Positions 51,223 to 60,659 of a stretch of DNA of 64,000 bases are shown here, in pieces; the first letter of the stretch is position 1, and each line of letters starts with the position of its first letter. Location: the sequence record SRR20825019_2783, one strand, 5' to 3'. The notes under the pieces were generated by a model. It worked only from the letters and a program-made list of their open reading frames with translations, did not search any database and was not told where the DNA came from. The translations under genes were made by a program, and so were the position numbers.

Positions 51223-51933
51223 ATGAAAGCAGAACAAAAGATACTGCCGGATTCAGCCAGTCTGATTAATGCCGCTGCAGAGCATTTTGTCGCCACCGCA
51301 CGCGCAGCTATCGCCAAGCGCGGTGTTTTCTATGTCGCTTTGGCCGGCGGTTCAACCCCCAAAGGTCTGTATCAGAAACTGGCCACATCACCCTATGTCG
51401 AGCAGATTGACTGGGCACGGGTACATCTGTTTTTTGGTGATGAACGCTGCGTGCCACCGACTCACGATGACAGCAATTTCAAAATGGCCCGTCAGGCGAT
51501 GATCGATCTGGTACCGATTCCGGCTGAGAATGTGCACCGGATGCCGACTGAGAGTAATGAACCCGCCGAGGTCGCCAAACGCTATGCCGAGACCATGCAG
51601 GAAGTCATGAATGGCGCGCCCTTTGATCTGCTGTTACTGGGGCTGGGACCGGATGGTCATATCGCCTCACTGTTCCCGGAAACGCCGGCTTTGGATGTCA
51701 CTGATACCCTGACGACCAGCCTCTATGTCGAAAAATTTGATTCCTGGCGGGTCACCATGACTTACCCGGTCATTAATGCAGCCCGGCAGGTCATCGTGTT
51801 TATCGCCGGCGAAGCCAAAGCTGAGATTGTCAGAGACATCACCAGCGATGCGGTCAAAGGTTTGCCGGTACAGCGTCTCGCTCCGCAAAATGACTATTAC
51901 TGGTTTATGGATAAAGCCGCCGCCGGGCAGTAA
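51223..51933 (+). CDS. pgl: 6-phosphogluconolactonase
   Basis: ALAGGSTP, FFGDERCVP, LGLGPDGHIASLFP. Confidence 0.95.
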   Translation: MKAEQKILPDSASLINAAAEHFVATARAAIAKRGVFYVALAGGSTPKGLYQKLATSPYVEQIDWARVHLFFGDERCVPPTHDDSNFKMARQAMIDLVPIPAENVHRMPTESNEPAEVAKRYAETMQEVMNGAPFDLLLLGLGPDGHIASLFPETPALDVTDTLTTSLYVEKFDSWRVTMTYPVINAARQVIVFIAGEAKAEIVRDITSDAVKGLPVQRLAPQNDYYWFMDKAAAGQ

Positions 51934-51935
51934 TC

Positions 51936-52913
51936 ATGGCCTACCTGCTCGCAGCCGATATTGGTGGTACCAAGACGCTGATGCAGCTCAGTACGGCTGA
52001 GGGCGAGGTGATCCTGGCCGAACGTTATCACAGTGCTGATTTCCCGGATTTTGAACAGCTATTGACGACATTTTTAACACCGATTAATGAGCGTCATGAG
52101 ATTACCGCCTGTTTTGCGGTGGCAGGGCCGGTGCAGGGGCAGTCGGCCCGTGTGACCAACCTGCCCTGGCAGCTTAACAGTCTGGAGATCAGAGCTCGTT
52201 TTGATTTGAAACAGGTCCTTCTCTGTAATGATTTTGAAGCTGTCGGCTACGGTATCGAGAGCCTGTCAGAAAATGAACTGCTGGTGTTGCAGGCTGGTGA
52301 GAATCGCAGTGGTCCCCGCGCGGTGATCGGCGCAGGTACCGGACTGGGGCAGGCCTACCTGATTGCCGGCCAGAACGGCTGGCAGGTTTATCCTACCGAG
52401 GGTGGCCATAGTGATTTTGCACCGGCAGACCGGACCCAGTTGCGGTTGTTTGAGCATCTGCTGGAACGTTTCGGTCATGTGTCCTATGAGCGTGTCCTAT
52501 CGGGCGAAGGACTGGTTACCATCTATAACTTCCTGCGCGATTACCGTCAGTTGGATGAAAACCCGGACTGCCGACTCGCCATGGTCAATGATGACAGTGC
52601 CAATGCCATCAGCGTCTTTGCCCGCGAGGGCGATCCGCTGGCCCGCGAGGCGATGGTGATGTTTTTCGATATATACGGCGCACAGGCCGGTAATCTGGCG
52701 CTGACCGTGATGCCTGTCGGCGGCTTATATATCGCAGGCGGTATGGCAGCGAAGAACCTTGAATTGCTGGAACAGTCCAATTTCATCCATGCCTTCAATA
52801 GTAAAGGACGTATGCAGGATTTGATGCAGGCCATCCCGGTAAAACTCATCCTGCAACCGGAAATCGGGCTTAACGGTGCCCGCTTACTGGCTGCCAAAGC
52901 CATGTATAATTAA
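51936..52913 (+). CDS. glk: Glucokinase
   Basis: ADIGGTKT, AVAGPV, NDFEA, GAGTGLG, EGGH, ERVLSG. Confidence 0.93.
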   Translation: MAYLLAADIGGTKTLMQLSTAEGEVILAERYHSADFPDFEQLLTTFLTPINERHEITACFAVAGPVQGQSARVTNLPWQLNSLEIRARFDLKQVLLCNDFEAVGYGIESLSENELLVLQAGENRSGPRAVIGAGTGLGQAYLIAGQNGWQVYPTEGGHSDFAPADRTQLRLFEHLLERFGHVSYERVLSGEGLVTIYNFLRDYRQLDENPDCRLAMVNDDSANAISVFAREGDPLAREAMVMFFDIYGAQAGNLALTVMPVGGLYIAGGMAAKNLELLEQSNFIHAFNSKGRMQDLMQAIPVKLILQPEIGLNGARLLAAKAMYN

Positions 52914-52917
52914 GCCC

Positions 52918-53298
52918 ATGAGCGACGATAATAATCATATTCAGGTTGATGTGGAAACGAGCTATCTGGCTCAGGAATCCGATCCCGATAAAGCGCGTTA
53001 TCTTTTTGCCTATACCATAACCATTAAAAACCATAGTGCAGCAGCAGCCCGACTGTTGTCCCGCTATTGGAAAATCACCGGTGGTGACGGTCATGAGCAG
53101 GAAGTGGAGGGCGATGGTGTGGTCGGTCTGCATCCTTACTTGGCGCCGGACCAGGAGTTCACCTACACCAGCGCCGCTATGCTTGATACCCCGGTGGGCA
53201 TGATGCAGGGTCACTACAAAATGGTCGGTGATGATGGCGAGCAGTTTGAAGTAGATATTCCGGCTTTTACACTGGCCGTGCCACGCACCCTGCACTGA
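52918..53298 (+). CDS. apaG: ApaG protein
   Basis: YLFAYTITI, RYWKIT, GDGVVG, GMMQGHY, IPAFTL. Confidence 0.94.
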   Translation: MSDDNNHIQVDVETSYLAQESDPDKARYLFAYTITIKNHSAAAARLLSRYWKITGGDGHEQEVEGDGVVGLHPYLAPDQEFTYTSAAMLDTPVGMMQGHYKMVGDDGEQFEVDIPAFTLAVPRTLH

Positions 53299-53337
53299 TT
53301 TCTTTCTTCGGTCCGTAGCTTTGAGCAGGAGGCCGGC

Positions 53338-53952
53338 ATGACCGCTAATCAGGAAAAACTCGGCTGGCTGGTGATCGTCACCATCAGCCTGCTGTATTCG
53401 GCCATAGACCCGGTTGCTGATCGTTTTACCTGGTTCATGGAAGTACTGCCGGTGATGATTGCTATCCCGCTGCTGCTCGCCAGCCATCAACGTTTTCCTC
53501 TGACACCGCTGACTATCCGCATTATTGCTGTGTTCGCCCTGATATTGATTGTCGGTGGTCACTATACTTATGCCGATAATCCGCTGTTTGACTGGATTCA
53601 GCAGGAATGGGATCTCGCCAGAAATCATTACGACCGCCTCGGTCATTTTGTGCAGGGAGTCGTCCCGGCGATGCTGGGGCGGGAGCTGTTACTGAGAACC
53701 TCACCGCTACAACGCGGCAAATGGCTGTTTTTCCTGCTTTGTTGCGTCAGCCTGGCGGTCAGCGCCTGCTATGAGTTCATTGAGTGGTGGGCGGCTGAAA
53801 TTAATCAGCAGGCGGCTGAGTCGTTTCTCGGTACTCAGGGCGATAACTGGGATGCACAGTGGGATATGTTTCTGGCTTTATGGGGCAGTGTTCTGTCGCA
53901 ACTGTTTCTGGCAAAACGTCAGGATCGGCAGTTGCAGTCATTACTCGGCTGA
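53338..53952 (+). CDS. DUF2238 (YjdF-like) membrane protein
   Basis: GGHYTYA, RNHYDRLGHF, YEFIEW, FLGTQGDNWDAQWDM. Confidence 0.9.
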   Translation: MTANQEKLGWLVIVTISLLYSAIDPVADRFTWFMEVLPVMIAIPLLLASHQRFPLTPLTIRIIAVFALILIVGGHYTYADNPLFDWIQQEWDLARNHYDRLGHFVQGVVPAMLGRELLLRTSPLQRGKWLFFLLCCVSLAVSACYEFIEWWAAEINQQAAESFLGTQGDNWDAQWDMFLALWGSVLSQLFLAKRQDRQLQSLLG

Positions 53953-54816
53953 CGGCAGACACTGACTGACCGAGCCCTCTGCGCATTCACTACCGTCAAT
54001 CCAGATGGCTTTATCCAGTCGTACCCCATCCAATTCAGCACCGCCCAGTTTGGCATTGCTGAGATCAGCGTAGGCGAGATCGGCATTACGCAGATCGGCA
54101 TAGGACAGATCGGCTTCAGTCAAATTGCTGCCAAACAGGCTGGCATCACTCAGATTGCTATAGCTCAGATTGGCATGGTGTAGATTGGCATAGGCCATAT
54201 CCGTGTTAGTCAGTAATGCATTCATCAGATTGGCATTAGCCAACTGACTGTTACGCAAGCTGGCACCGTTAAGGTCGGCACCAGTCAGAGACAAATCCGG
54301 TTTGAGACAGTTATTCCAGTTAACACCGGGTGCAGGCGGGGCTGAACAGTTGGGGAGCGGGACCGGGATCGAGGTGGGGAACAGTGTTGCCAGAATGATC
54401 AATGCCAGTAACAGCACGAAGGTCGTCAGCAGGGGCCAGAACATTTTTTCACGGCGATGACGGAACTGCTGCATCAGATAACGACGCAGGGCGCGTCTCG
54501 ACATGGTATCTTCGGGCTCTGGTGAGCGGCGGTCAGCGCGTCTTTTGCGTGCTTCCCTGGGGGGAGACTTTTGCTGATGGCGTCTATCCAGCCCGGTTCG
54601 CTCATCCAGATAACGGCGGACTTTGTCCACATCCTCTCTGGCGGGGTGCAGTGACGGTTGTTTTGCCAGTGGTAGCCAGTGTTCACTGTCGGCAGAGACT
54701 TCATCGTCCATCGATAGTCTGCCGATTTGCAGGTGTTTGCTAATCACCAGGGCACTGAAAGGCCCGGAAATTTCTCCCTGCTTGCGGATATACCATTGTC
54801 CGTGTGTGTTATTCAT
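53941..54816 (-). CDS. Membrane-anchored pentapeptide repeat protein with N-terminal GYF-like domain
   Basis: WYIRKQGEISGPF N-terminus, single TM, tandem A(D/N)Lxx repeats flanked by Cys pairs. Confidence 0.85.
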   Translation of the reverse strand: MNNTHGQWYIRKQGEISGPFSALVISKHLQIGRLSMDDEVSADSEHWLPLAKQPSLHPAREDVDKVRRYLDERTGLDRRHQQKSPPREARKRRADRRSPEPEDTMSRRALRRYLMQQFRHRREKMFWPLLTTFVLLLALIILATLFPTSIPVPLPNCSAPPAPGVNWNNCLKPDLSLTGADLNGASLRNSQLANANLMNALLTNTDMAYANLHHANLSYSNLSDASLFGSNLTEADLSYADLRNADLAYADLSNAKLGGAELDGVRLDKAIWIDGSECAEGSVSQCLPSAE

Positions 54817-54882
54817 TGCCCGTTGCTCTGCGCAATCTCCTCATTGCTATACTAGCATTATGTTGAACTCTATTTTGTTTCC

Positions 54883-56550
54883 ATGCAGATAAATCCGTCA
54901 TTCAGCCCGCAACCGGAAGTGGTCAGAGAGGTGCCTGCTCGTCTGCTTGCCGCTGTACCCGATGGGCAGCGGGTCGAAGCTACTGTGGTTGCACGTGTGT
55001 CGGCAGACACTCTGCGTGTCCAGATTGGCGATAGTCAGTTTCAGATTAATAGCCGCCAACCCCTGCAGCCGGGACAAACCGTGCAACTTGAACGAGGTGT
55101 GGAAAACGGTAAACCGATTATCCGGATCACTGCAGGTGTGGCAGAACCTGTTCAGCCCGCTGCGTTGCTGAGACAGGGTCAGCAACTGTCAGTGGAAGTC
55201 ATCAAGTTGCTGGCGCAGAACCGTTTGCTGGTAACGCCCACATTAAGCAATCAAAATCCAAGTCAGACATCCGGTCCGGGAATGATGCCGAGGTTACCGT
55301 CACAGATTGAAGTGGATATCAGCCAGATCCGGCAAACCTTCCGCCCCGGCGAACGACTGGCCCTGGAAGTGCTGCGGGAGCAACCGCTGGCGGTACAGCT
55401 TAAAGCGGGTGCACCGACACGCGCTGAAGTGATCCAGCAATACCAGCGTGATCTTCTGCCGCAATTTAACCGTACAGGGCCGACGCTTAACGCGCTGAAT
55501 CAACTGCCAGCCGGACTGACGATGTCGGAGCCGGTCAGGCAGAGCCTGACACAGCTGGTGCAGGGACTGAGTGAACGTCAGAGCCTGCAGCAGCCTGAAG
55601 GGCTTCGCCAGGCTTTGAACAACAGCGGTCTGTTTCTGGAAAGCCGGCTCAAAAATACACCGGCTCAACCGCTGTTGACACAGGATCTGAAAGCGAACCT
55701 GTTACAACTGGCTCAGCAACTCAGAACGGCGTTGACAGAGCCCGGTCAGTCCCGGGTTCTGGATAACCCGGCGCTGATGCAAAAGCTACCAGCAGAAGTG
55801 CAGACAGCACTGCGGCAATTAACCATGACGCCGCAGGAGCTCAGAAATCTACCGGCACAGGTGCCGCCGGCACTGGCTAGTCGGGGGCAGACGCCGATGC
55901 AGTTATTACTGGGTTTATTATCAGGGCTGACCAGCCACAGTGTTCAGACACCGCCGACAACAGCCAATACACCCCAAACTTCAAACATGACCGGTGTACA
56001 GGCTTTTATCCAGGCGCGGGAAATGGTTGCCGGCCCGGCACAGCAGGCAGCAGTCCGGGGGGCCGAGTGGCAGATTCTAAGAGAGCTGTTGCGGGAGGTG
56101 GAGTCTGCCTCGGCGCGGATACAGTTTAATCAGCTATCAATGCTGCGCGATCCAGATACGCCCAGCAACACCAATGTCTGGCTGTTTGATCTGCCGGTGA
56201 AGGACAAACAGCAGCTGGAGATGCTGCAAATGCGGCTGGAGCAACACGGTGCCGGCCAGAATAAGGATGACGAAGCTATCTGGCAGGTACAACTGAACCT
56301 GGAGACGCAGAATCTGGGGCCGATGCAAGCGAGAATCAGTCTGCATCAGCAGGATGTACAGGTAGTCATTTTGGCGGAAAGGCAGGACAGCATTGTACTG
56401 TTATCCCGTTATATTGATGACCTTAATCAGCGGCTGGATAAGCTGGGCATGACGGTCAGCCATCTCAGCTGCCGGCAGGCGCCCATCAAACCATTGACCA
56501 TGGAGCCGGAGGCCGCATTACCCCAACATCTACTGGACATTTCAGTATGA
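54883..56550 (+). CDS. Flagellar hook-length control protein FliK-like
   Basis: Pro/Gln-rich; ALNNSGLFLESRL, DLKANL; C-terminal WQVQLNLETQNLGPMQARI; followed by an FlhB-like gene. Confidence 0.8.
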   Translation: MQINPSFSPQPEVVREVPARLLAAVPDGQRVEATVVARVSADTLRVQIGDSQFQINSRQPLQPGQTVQLERGVENGKPIIRITAGVAEPVQPAALLRQGQQLSVEVIKLLAQNRLLVTPTLSNQNPSQTSGPGMMPRLPSQIEVDISQIRQTFRPGERLALEVLREQPLAVQLKAGAPTRAEVIQQYQRDLLPQFNRTGPTLNALNQLPAGLTMSEPVRQSLTQLVQGLSERQSLQQPEGLRQALNNSGLFLESRLKNTPAQPLLTQDLKANLLQLAQQLRTALTEPGQSRVLDNPALMQKLPAEVQTALRQLTMTPQELRNLPAQVPPALASRGQTPMQLLLGLLSGLTSHSVQTPPTTANTPQTSNMTGVQAFIQAREMVAGPAQQAAVRGAEWQILRELLREVESASARIQFNQLSMLRDPDTPSNTNVWLFDLPVKDKQQLEMLQMRLEQHGAGQNKDDEAIWQVQLNLETQNLGPMQARISLHQQDVQVVILAERQDSIVLLSRYIDDLNQRLDKLGMTVSHLSCRQAPIKPLTMEPEAALPQHLLDISV

Positions 56551-56840
56551 GTGAAAGAGAGGATATCTTACGCGCGGTTGCATTGCAGTACGACGGCGAC
56601 AATGCGCCCATCGTCACCGCGAGTGGTGAGGGGGCGATTGCCGAGGAAATTTTGCGTATTGCCAGAGAGCATAATATCCCGCTCAGGGAGGATGCGCTGC
56701 TGGCCGAGTTATTGAGTGATTTAAATCTGGGTGAAGAAATCCCGCCAATGCTGTACCGGGTTATCGCTGAAGTTATTGCTTATGCCTATCTGGTATCGGG
56801 CAAAGTGCCTGTAAATAAAAAAGAAAATCCCGGACGCTGA
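56547..56840 (+). CDS. FlhB C-terminal-like (EscU/YscU/HrcU) small protein
   Basis: AVALQYD, APIVTASGEG, EEIPPMLYRVIAEVIA. Confidence 0.9.
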   Translation: MSEREDILRAVALQYDGDNAPIVTASGEGAIAEEILRIAREHNIPLREDALLAELLSDLNLGEEIPPMLYRVIAEVIAYAYLVSGKVPVNKKENPGR

Positions 56841-56896
56841 GGAATATAGCAGGGTACAAACAGACCTTCATCTCAGGAACATAAGATAACAAACCT

Positions 56897-56948
56897 TATA
56901 AAAAGCATTATAAAAATCACATTAAGTGTTGATTTTTATATATAAAAA
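56897..56948. promoter_or_regulatory. AT-rich inverted/direct repeat upstream of the EAL gene
   Basis: TATAAAAATCA-N10-TGATTTTTATA (56909-56940); TATAAAAA also at 56897 and 56941. Confidence 0.5.
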
Positions 56949-57004
56949 CTATATCGTCGAAACCATATTCATTTTGGTCACCATGATGTAGCGACGATAA
57001 TTAA

Positions 57005-58849
57005 ATGAACACAGAAATCAAGGATCGTCTGCCACTGCGGCCAGAGGCAGACCAGAGCGACAGCGAACCGGTAGCCATTGCCGCTGTCGCTGATCTCCTT
57101 GATGCCAAAATTATCATCGGCGGCAGCCGTGCTGCCGATACGGCTTTTACCCAAACGCTGCTGCAGGTCAGCGGCTTCAGCCACATCCTCACTGCTACCG
57201 ATGGCGATGCCGTGTTGCAGCGCTTAAGAGAAGGGATTGATCACGGCAGTTGTGATATTGATCTGCTGATTGTTGACGATGATCTGCCCGGTTTTGATGC
57301 CGAGGCGACCCGGCTGATGATGGATCAATTCGATGAGTGGCGTCTGATACCGATAATCCGGCTCTGCCGGGAGTCGCAATGGGATCATGCTCAGGTACTC
57401 ACCGATCTGGGACACGGCGTGACTTCCATGCTGTATCACCCGATGACTGCAGAATCCCTGCCGCCGGCAATCATGACTGCGCTTGCAGTCAAACGCGAAC
57501 GCGATGTCAGTTTCCTGCATCAGCTGCAACTGGAAGATGAACTGGCCAACCTCAAGGTGATGGAAGCCCGCCTGCAATTCTCAGTGAGCCATGATGATTT
57601 GACCGGTCTGGCAAATCGACGCCGGCTTGAGCAGTCCCTGGACCTCAGCCTGACTCAGGCACGCAATTTCATGAGCACCAGTGCCTTGTTCTATATAGAT
57701 CTGGACAGCTTCAAAGTGCTCAATGATGCCGAAGGTCACGAGGCTGGCGATAACCTGCTGGTACAGGTAGCGAATACGCTGCGGCGCTACTTCCGGGTTA
57801 ACGACACACTGGTCCGGATTGGTTCCGATGAGTTCGCCGTGCTGGTGGATAACACCGATGAAGCGGCGGTGCACAAACAGGCTGAAGGACTGAAAAACCT
57901 GTTCGATGGATACAGCTTTGAACATCACAGTCATCACTACCATCTGTCGGCGAGTGTCGGAGTCAAAATCATCAGACATGGTGAAATCACCACTGTCGGT
58001 GAAATTCTTTCCCATGCCAATCAGGCCTGTTACACCGCCAAAAAACGCGGTCGCAACCGGGTGCATTTCTATAACCCGGAGGACCGGGAGATGCATACCC
58101 TGCGCCATAGCGTTGAGTGGGCACCCCGAATTCGGGCCGCCCTGAAAGAAGGCCATTTCCTGCTTGAATTTCAGCCGATATTTGCGCTCGCCAGTGCTGA
58201 AGTGACGCATTATGAATGCTTGCTGAGAATGCGGGGCGAAGGCGGTGTACTCTATTACCCCAAAGAATTTATTCCAGTCGCTGAGGCGATGGGGCTGATT
58301 CACCAAATCGACTTCTGGGTGGTCGATCATGCGCTGGATCTGCTGCGCGGCATGCCGGAGGATATCGCCTTTGCCATTAATCTGTCAGGCAATGTGTTTC
58401 TCGACGAGAAGCTTTACCCGCTGGTGCAGAACAAGCTCCGGCAGACCGGTATCAATCCGGAACGGGTGGTATTTGAAATCACCGAAACCTCGGCCATATC
58501 CAATTTCGAGTTAACCAAGCGCATGGTCACCAGCCTGCGTTCACTGGGCTGCCGTTTTGCACTGGATGATTTTGGTGCCGGCTTTAATTCCTACAGCTAC
58601 CTCAAGCATTTCCCGGTCGATATTCTGAAAATCGACGGTGGCTTTATCACTGATCTGGATAATGACCCGGTGGATCAGTTGCTGGTCAAATCGATGATTG
58701 ATATCGCCCATAGCCTGGGCAAAAAAACGGTGGCGGAGTTTGTCGAGCGTGAGAGCACACTGGAACTGCTAAGAGGTTATGGCGTTGATTTTGTCCAGGG
58801 CTATCTGGTCGGCAAACCCCAGCCGGGGATTAATACCAGTAGAAAATAA
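57005..58849 (+). CDS. Receiver-like + GGDEF (GSDEF) + EAL c-di-GMP protein, probable phosphodiesterase
   Basis: DLLIVD; HDDLTGLANR, GSDEF; FQPI, YECLLR, INLS, EITET, DDFGAG, LKIDG, AEFVE, QGYL. Confidence 0.9.
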   Translation: MNTEIKDRLPLRPEADQSDSEPVAIAAVADLLDAKIIIGGSRAADTAFTQTLLQVSGFSHILTATDGDAVLQRLREGIDHGSCDIDLLIVDDDLPGFDAEATRLMMDQFDEWRLIPIIRLCRESQWDHAQVLTDLGHGVTSMLYHPMTAESLPPAIMTALAVKRERDVSFLHQLQLEDELANLKVMEARLQFSVSHDDLTGLANRRRLEQSLDLSLTQARNFMSTSALFYIDLDSFKVLNDAEGHEAGDNLLVQVANTLRRYFRVNDTLVRIGSDEFAVLVDNTDEAAVHKQAEGLKNLFDGYSFEHHSHHYHLSASVGVKIIRHGEITTVGEILSHANQACYTAKKRGRNRVHFYNPEDREMHTLRHSVEWAPRIRAALKEGHFLLEFQPIFALASAEVTHYECLLRMRGEGGVLYYPKEFIPVAEAMGLIHQIDFWVVDHALDLLRGMPEDIAFAINLSGNVFLDEKLYPLVQNKLRQTGINPERVVFEITETSAISNFELTKRMVTSLRSLGCRFALDDFGAGFNSYSYLKHFPVDILKIDGGFITDLDNDPVDQLLVKSMIDIAHSLGKKTVAEFVERESTLELLRGYGVDFVQGYLVGKPQPGINTSRK

Positions 58850-58851
58850 GT

Positions 58852-59235
58852 CTAGTGAACGCCGGCCTGGCTGGTTTGTGGTCCATGCAGACGGCTGATC
58901 AGATGCGCTTCTTCATCACTCAGATTGCAGTTATCAATTAACTGCTCGATAGCTGCGCCTTTACGAGCCAGACGAATGGCATGGTCGTAGGCAGGCTGGC
59001 TGTTGGCGGTCAGATCGATAGCATGCTGATGATCACGAATCTTGGCTAAAGTCTGTTCAAAGCGCAGGATACGGTCATCGGTACCGGCGGCGCCTTCACA
59101 CAGGGCTGACAGCTGATTCTGCAGGTTATGAATACGTTCAGATTGCAGTTTATACAGTTTCATCAGGTGCATGGTGGCGAGGCCAATCACCAGAAATACA
59201 GCACTCATTACAGTTATCACAACGACTAAAGTCAT
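58852..59235 (-). CDS. DUF2802 family protein
   Basis: N-terminal TM, coiled coil, YDHAIRLARKGA...CNLSDEEAHLISRLH; end of chemotaxis operon. Confidence 0.85.
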   Translation of the reverse strand: MTLVVVITVMSAVFLVIGLATMHLMKLYKLQSERIHNLQNQLSALCEGAAGTDDRILRFEQTLAKIRDHQHAIDLTANSQPAYDHAIRLARKGAAIEQLIDNCNLSDEEAHLISRLHGPQTSQAGVH

Positions 59236-59264
59236 TTGCGGCTCCTTACACCGTGACGGCGTAG

Positions 59265-59444
59265 TTAAACATATTCATCGATATGGCCCCCTTTATCATC
59301 ATCGGGGTCTTTTGTTTCCGGTTTATCATCGGATTCGTTGTCATCTTCAGGCGATTTTTTCCGTTCACGCCGCTTGTCCTCCGGCGGGGGAGCCACCGGA
59401 GGACTCGGGGGGATCGGCATGGTGGGTCTGATTTCGTCCGCCAT
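59265..59444 (-). CDS. Small 59-aa Pro/acidic protein ending HIDEYV (not in ORF track)
   Basis: MADEIRPTMPIPPSPPVAPPPEDKRRERKKSPEDDNESDDKPETKDPDDDKGGHIDEYV*; fills the cheW-DUF2802 gap co-directionally. Confidence 0.7.
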   Translation of the reverse strand: MADEIRPTMPIPPSPPVAPPPEDKRRERKKSPEDDNESDDKPETKDPDDDKGGHIDEYV

Positions 59445-59461
59445 CGGATAGCTTCAGCCCA

Positions 59462-59935
59462 CTAGAACCCGGCAATGTCCGTCATTTCTTCCTGCTCCAG
59501 TAGCTTATTTACATCGACCAGGATCAGTAGATACTTGTCACGGTTACAGACGCCCTGAATAAAACGTGAGCTGTCATCGCTGACGTTGGGGGCGGTGTCG
59601 ATGTCTGACTGGTGTAGATAGACCACTTCAGTGACACAATCGACCAGCATGCCAATCACATGACCGGATACTTCGACAATAATAATGCGGGAATTTTCAG
59701 TCGGCTCATGTGGCGCCAGACCGAAGCGGGTGCGGGTATCAATGACCGTGACCACATTACCACGGAGGTTGATGATGCCCAGCACATAGGCCGGTGCACC
59801 CGGTACTGGCGCAATTTCAGACAGGCGTAATACTTCCTGCACCTGCATCACATTGATGCCGTAAGTTTCATTTTCCAACTGGTAGGTGACCCACTGCAGT
59901 ACCGGATCTTCCGCCGTATTATCTTTTTCGCTCAT
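59462..59935 (-). CDS. cheW: Chemotaxis coupling protein CheW
   Basis: YGINVMQVQEV, PVPGAP, GIINLRGNVVTVID. Confidence 0.96.
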   Translation of the reverse strand: MSEKDNTAEDPVLQWVTYQLENETYGINVMQVQEVLRLSEIAPVPGAPAYVLGIINLRGNVVTVIDTRTRFGLAPHEPTENSRIIIVEVSGHVIGMLVDCVTEVVYLHQSDIDTAPNVSDDSSRFIQGVCNRDKYLLILVDVNKLLEQEEMTDIAGF

Positions 59936-60014
59936 TGTCCTAACCTTATGCCGGAGCTGTCAGTTTGTTGACAGTCTCTGCGTTGTGCCAATCTTGTTGA
60001 ATATAAAGCAGACT

Positions 60015-60659
60015 TCATGCCATTTCACCTTGCTCCAGTGCGGTAAACAGTGCAGTAAGATCGATAATGCTGTGCATCGAGTCAGCAATCACGCCGCTGA
60101 ACCAGGGACGCTGGCTGGTGTCATGACGCCAGTTAATATTGTCATCGTCAATATTGATAATCTGGCTGATACCATCACAGGCAATGCCAATACGACGGTC
60201 ATTGATCAGCAGAATATAGCCGGGCTGCTGTTCGTCATCACGCTGATCGGTCTGTAGCAGATGACGGATATCGACAACCTCAATATGCTGGTCACGATCA
60301 CGGAACAAGCCCAGTTGCCAGTGACAACGGCCCGGCAGTTGATTCAGACCCGCTGAAGGCCAGTGCACAATATTACTCAGGGCCGACACATCGAGCGCCA
60401 GTTTCATCTCGCCGATGTGACAGAGCAGGAGTTTATGGTTGGTGACGACCGACGTCGTGTCTGTCCCTTGGGTTGTTTTGATTTCCGTCTGTACTGAATC
60501 AGTAGGTGCGTGTGTTATTTCCGGAGCAGCTTCAGGTACGAGCTGTGGGGCTTCGGTTTCAGGTGCTGGTGTCTCTGTGACGGGTCTGTGGTCAGCCAGC
60601 ATATCGCGGAAATACACCGACAGCGCATCTTCCTGCTGATGGATTTGCGTCTTAGCCAT
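60015..60659 (-). CDS. CheW-like domain protein with N-terminal extension (ParP-like)
   Basis: ALSVYFRDML N-terminal helix, Pro/Thr linker, divergent CheW domain (LPGRCHWQLG, GIACD, RPWFSG). Confidence 0.75.
   Translation of the reverse strand: MAKTQIHQQEDALSVYFRDMLADHRPVTETPAPETEAPQLVPEAAPEITHAPTDSVQTEIKTTQGTDTTSVVTNHKLLLCHIGEMKLALDVSALSNIVHWPSAGLNQLPGRCHWQLGLFRDRDQHIEVVDIRHLLQTDQRDDEQQPGYILLINDRRIGIACDGISQIINIDDDNINWRHDTSQRPWFSGVIADSMHSIIDLTALFTALEQGEMA

Noticed and set aside
54000-54300. Repetitive DNA resembling a tandem repeat or CRISPR
   Set aside because: Explained by pentapeptide-repeat coding; no identical repeats with spacers
59936-60014. Sigma54 promoter (TTGGCAC) upstream of cheW
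   Set aside because: The GC at -12 is not at the required GG-N10-GC spacing
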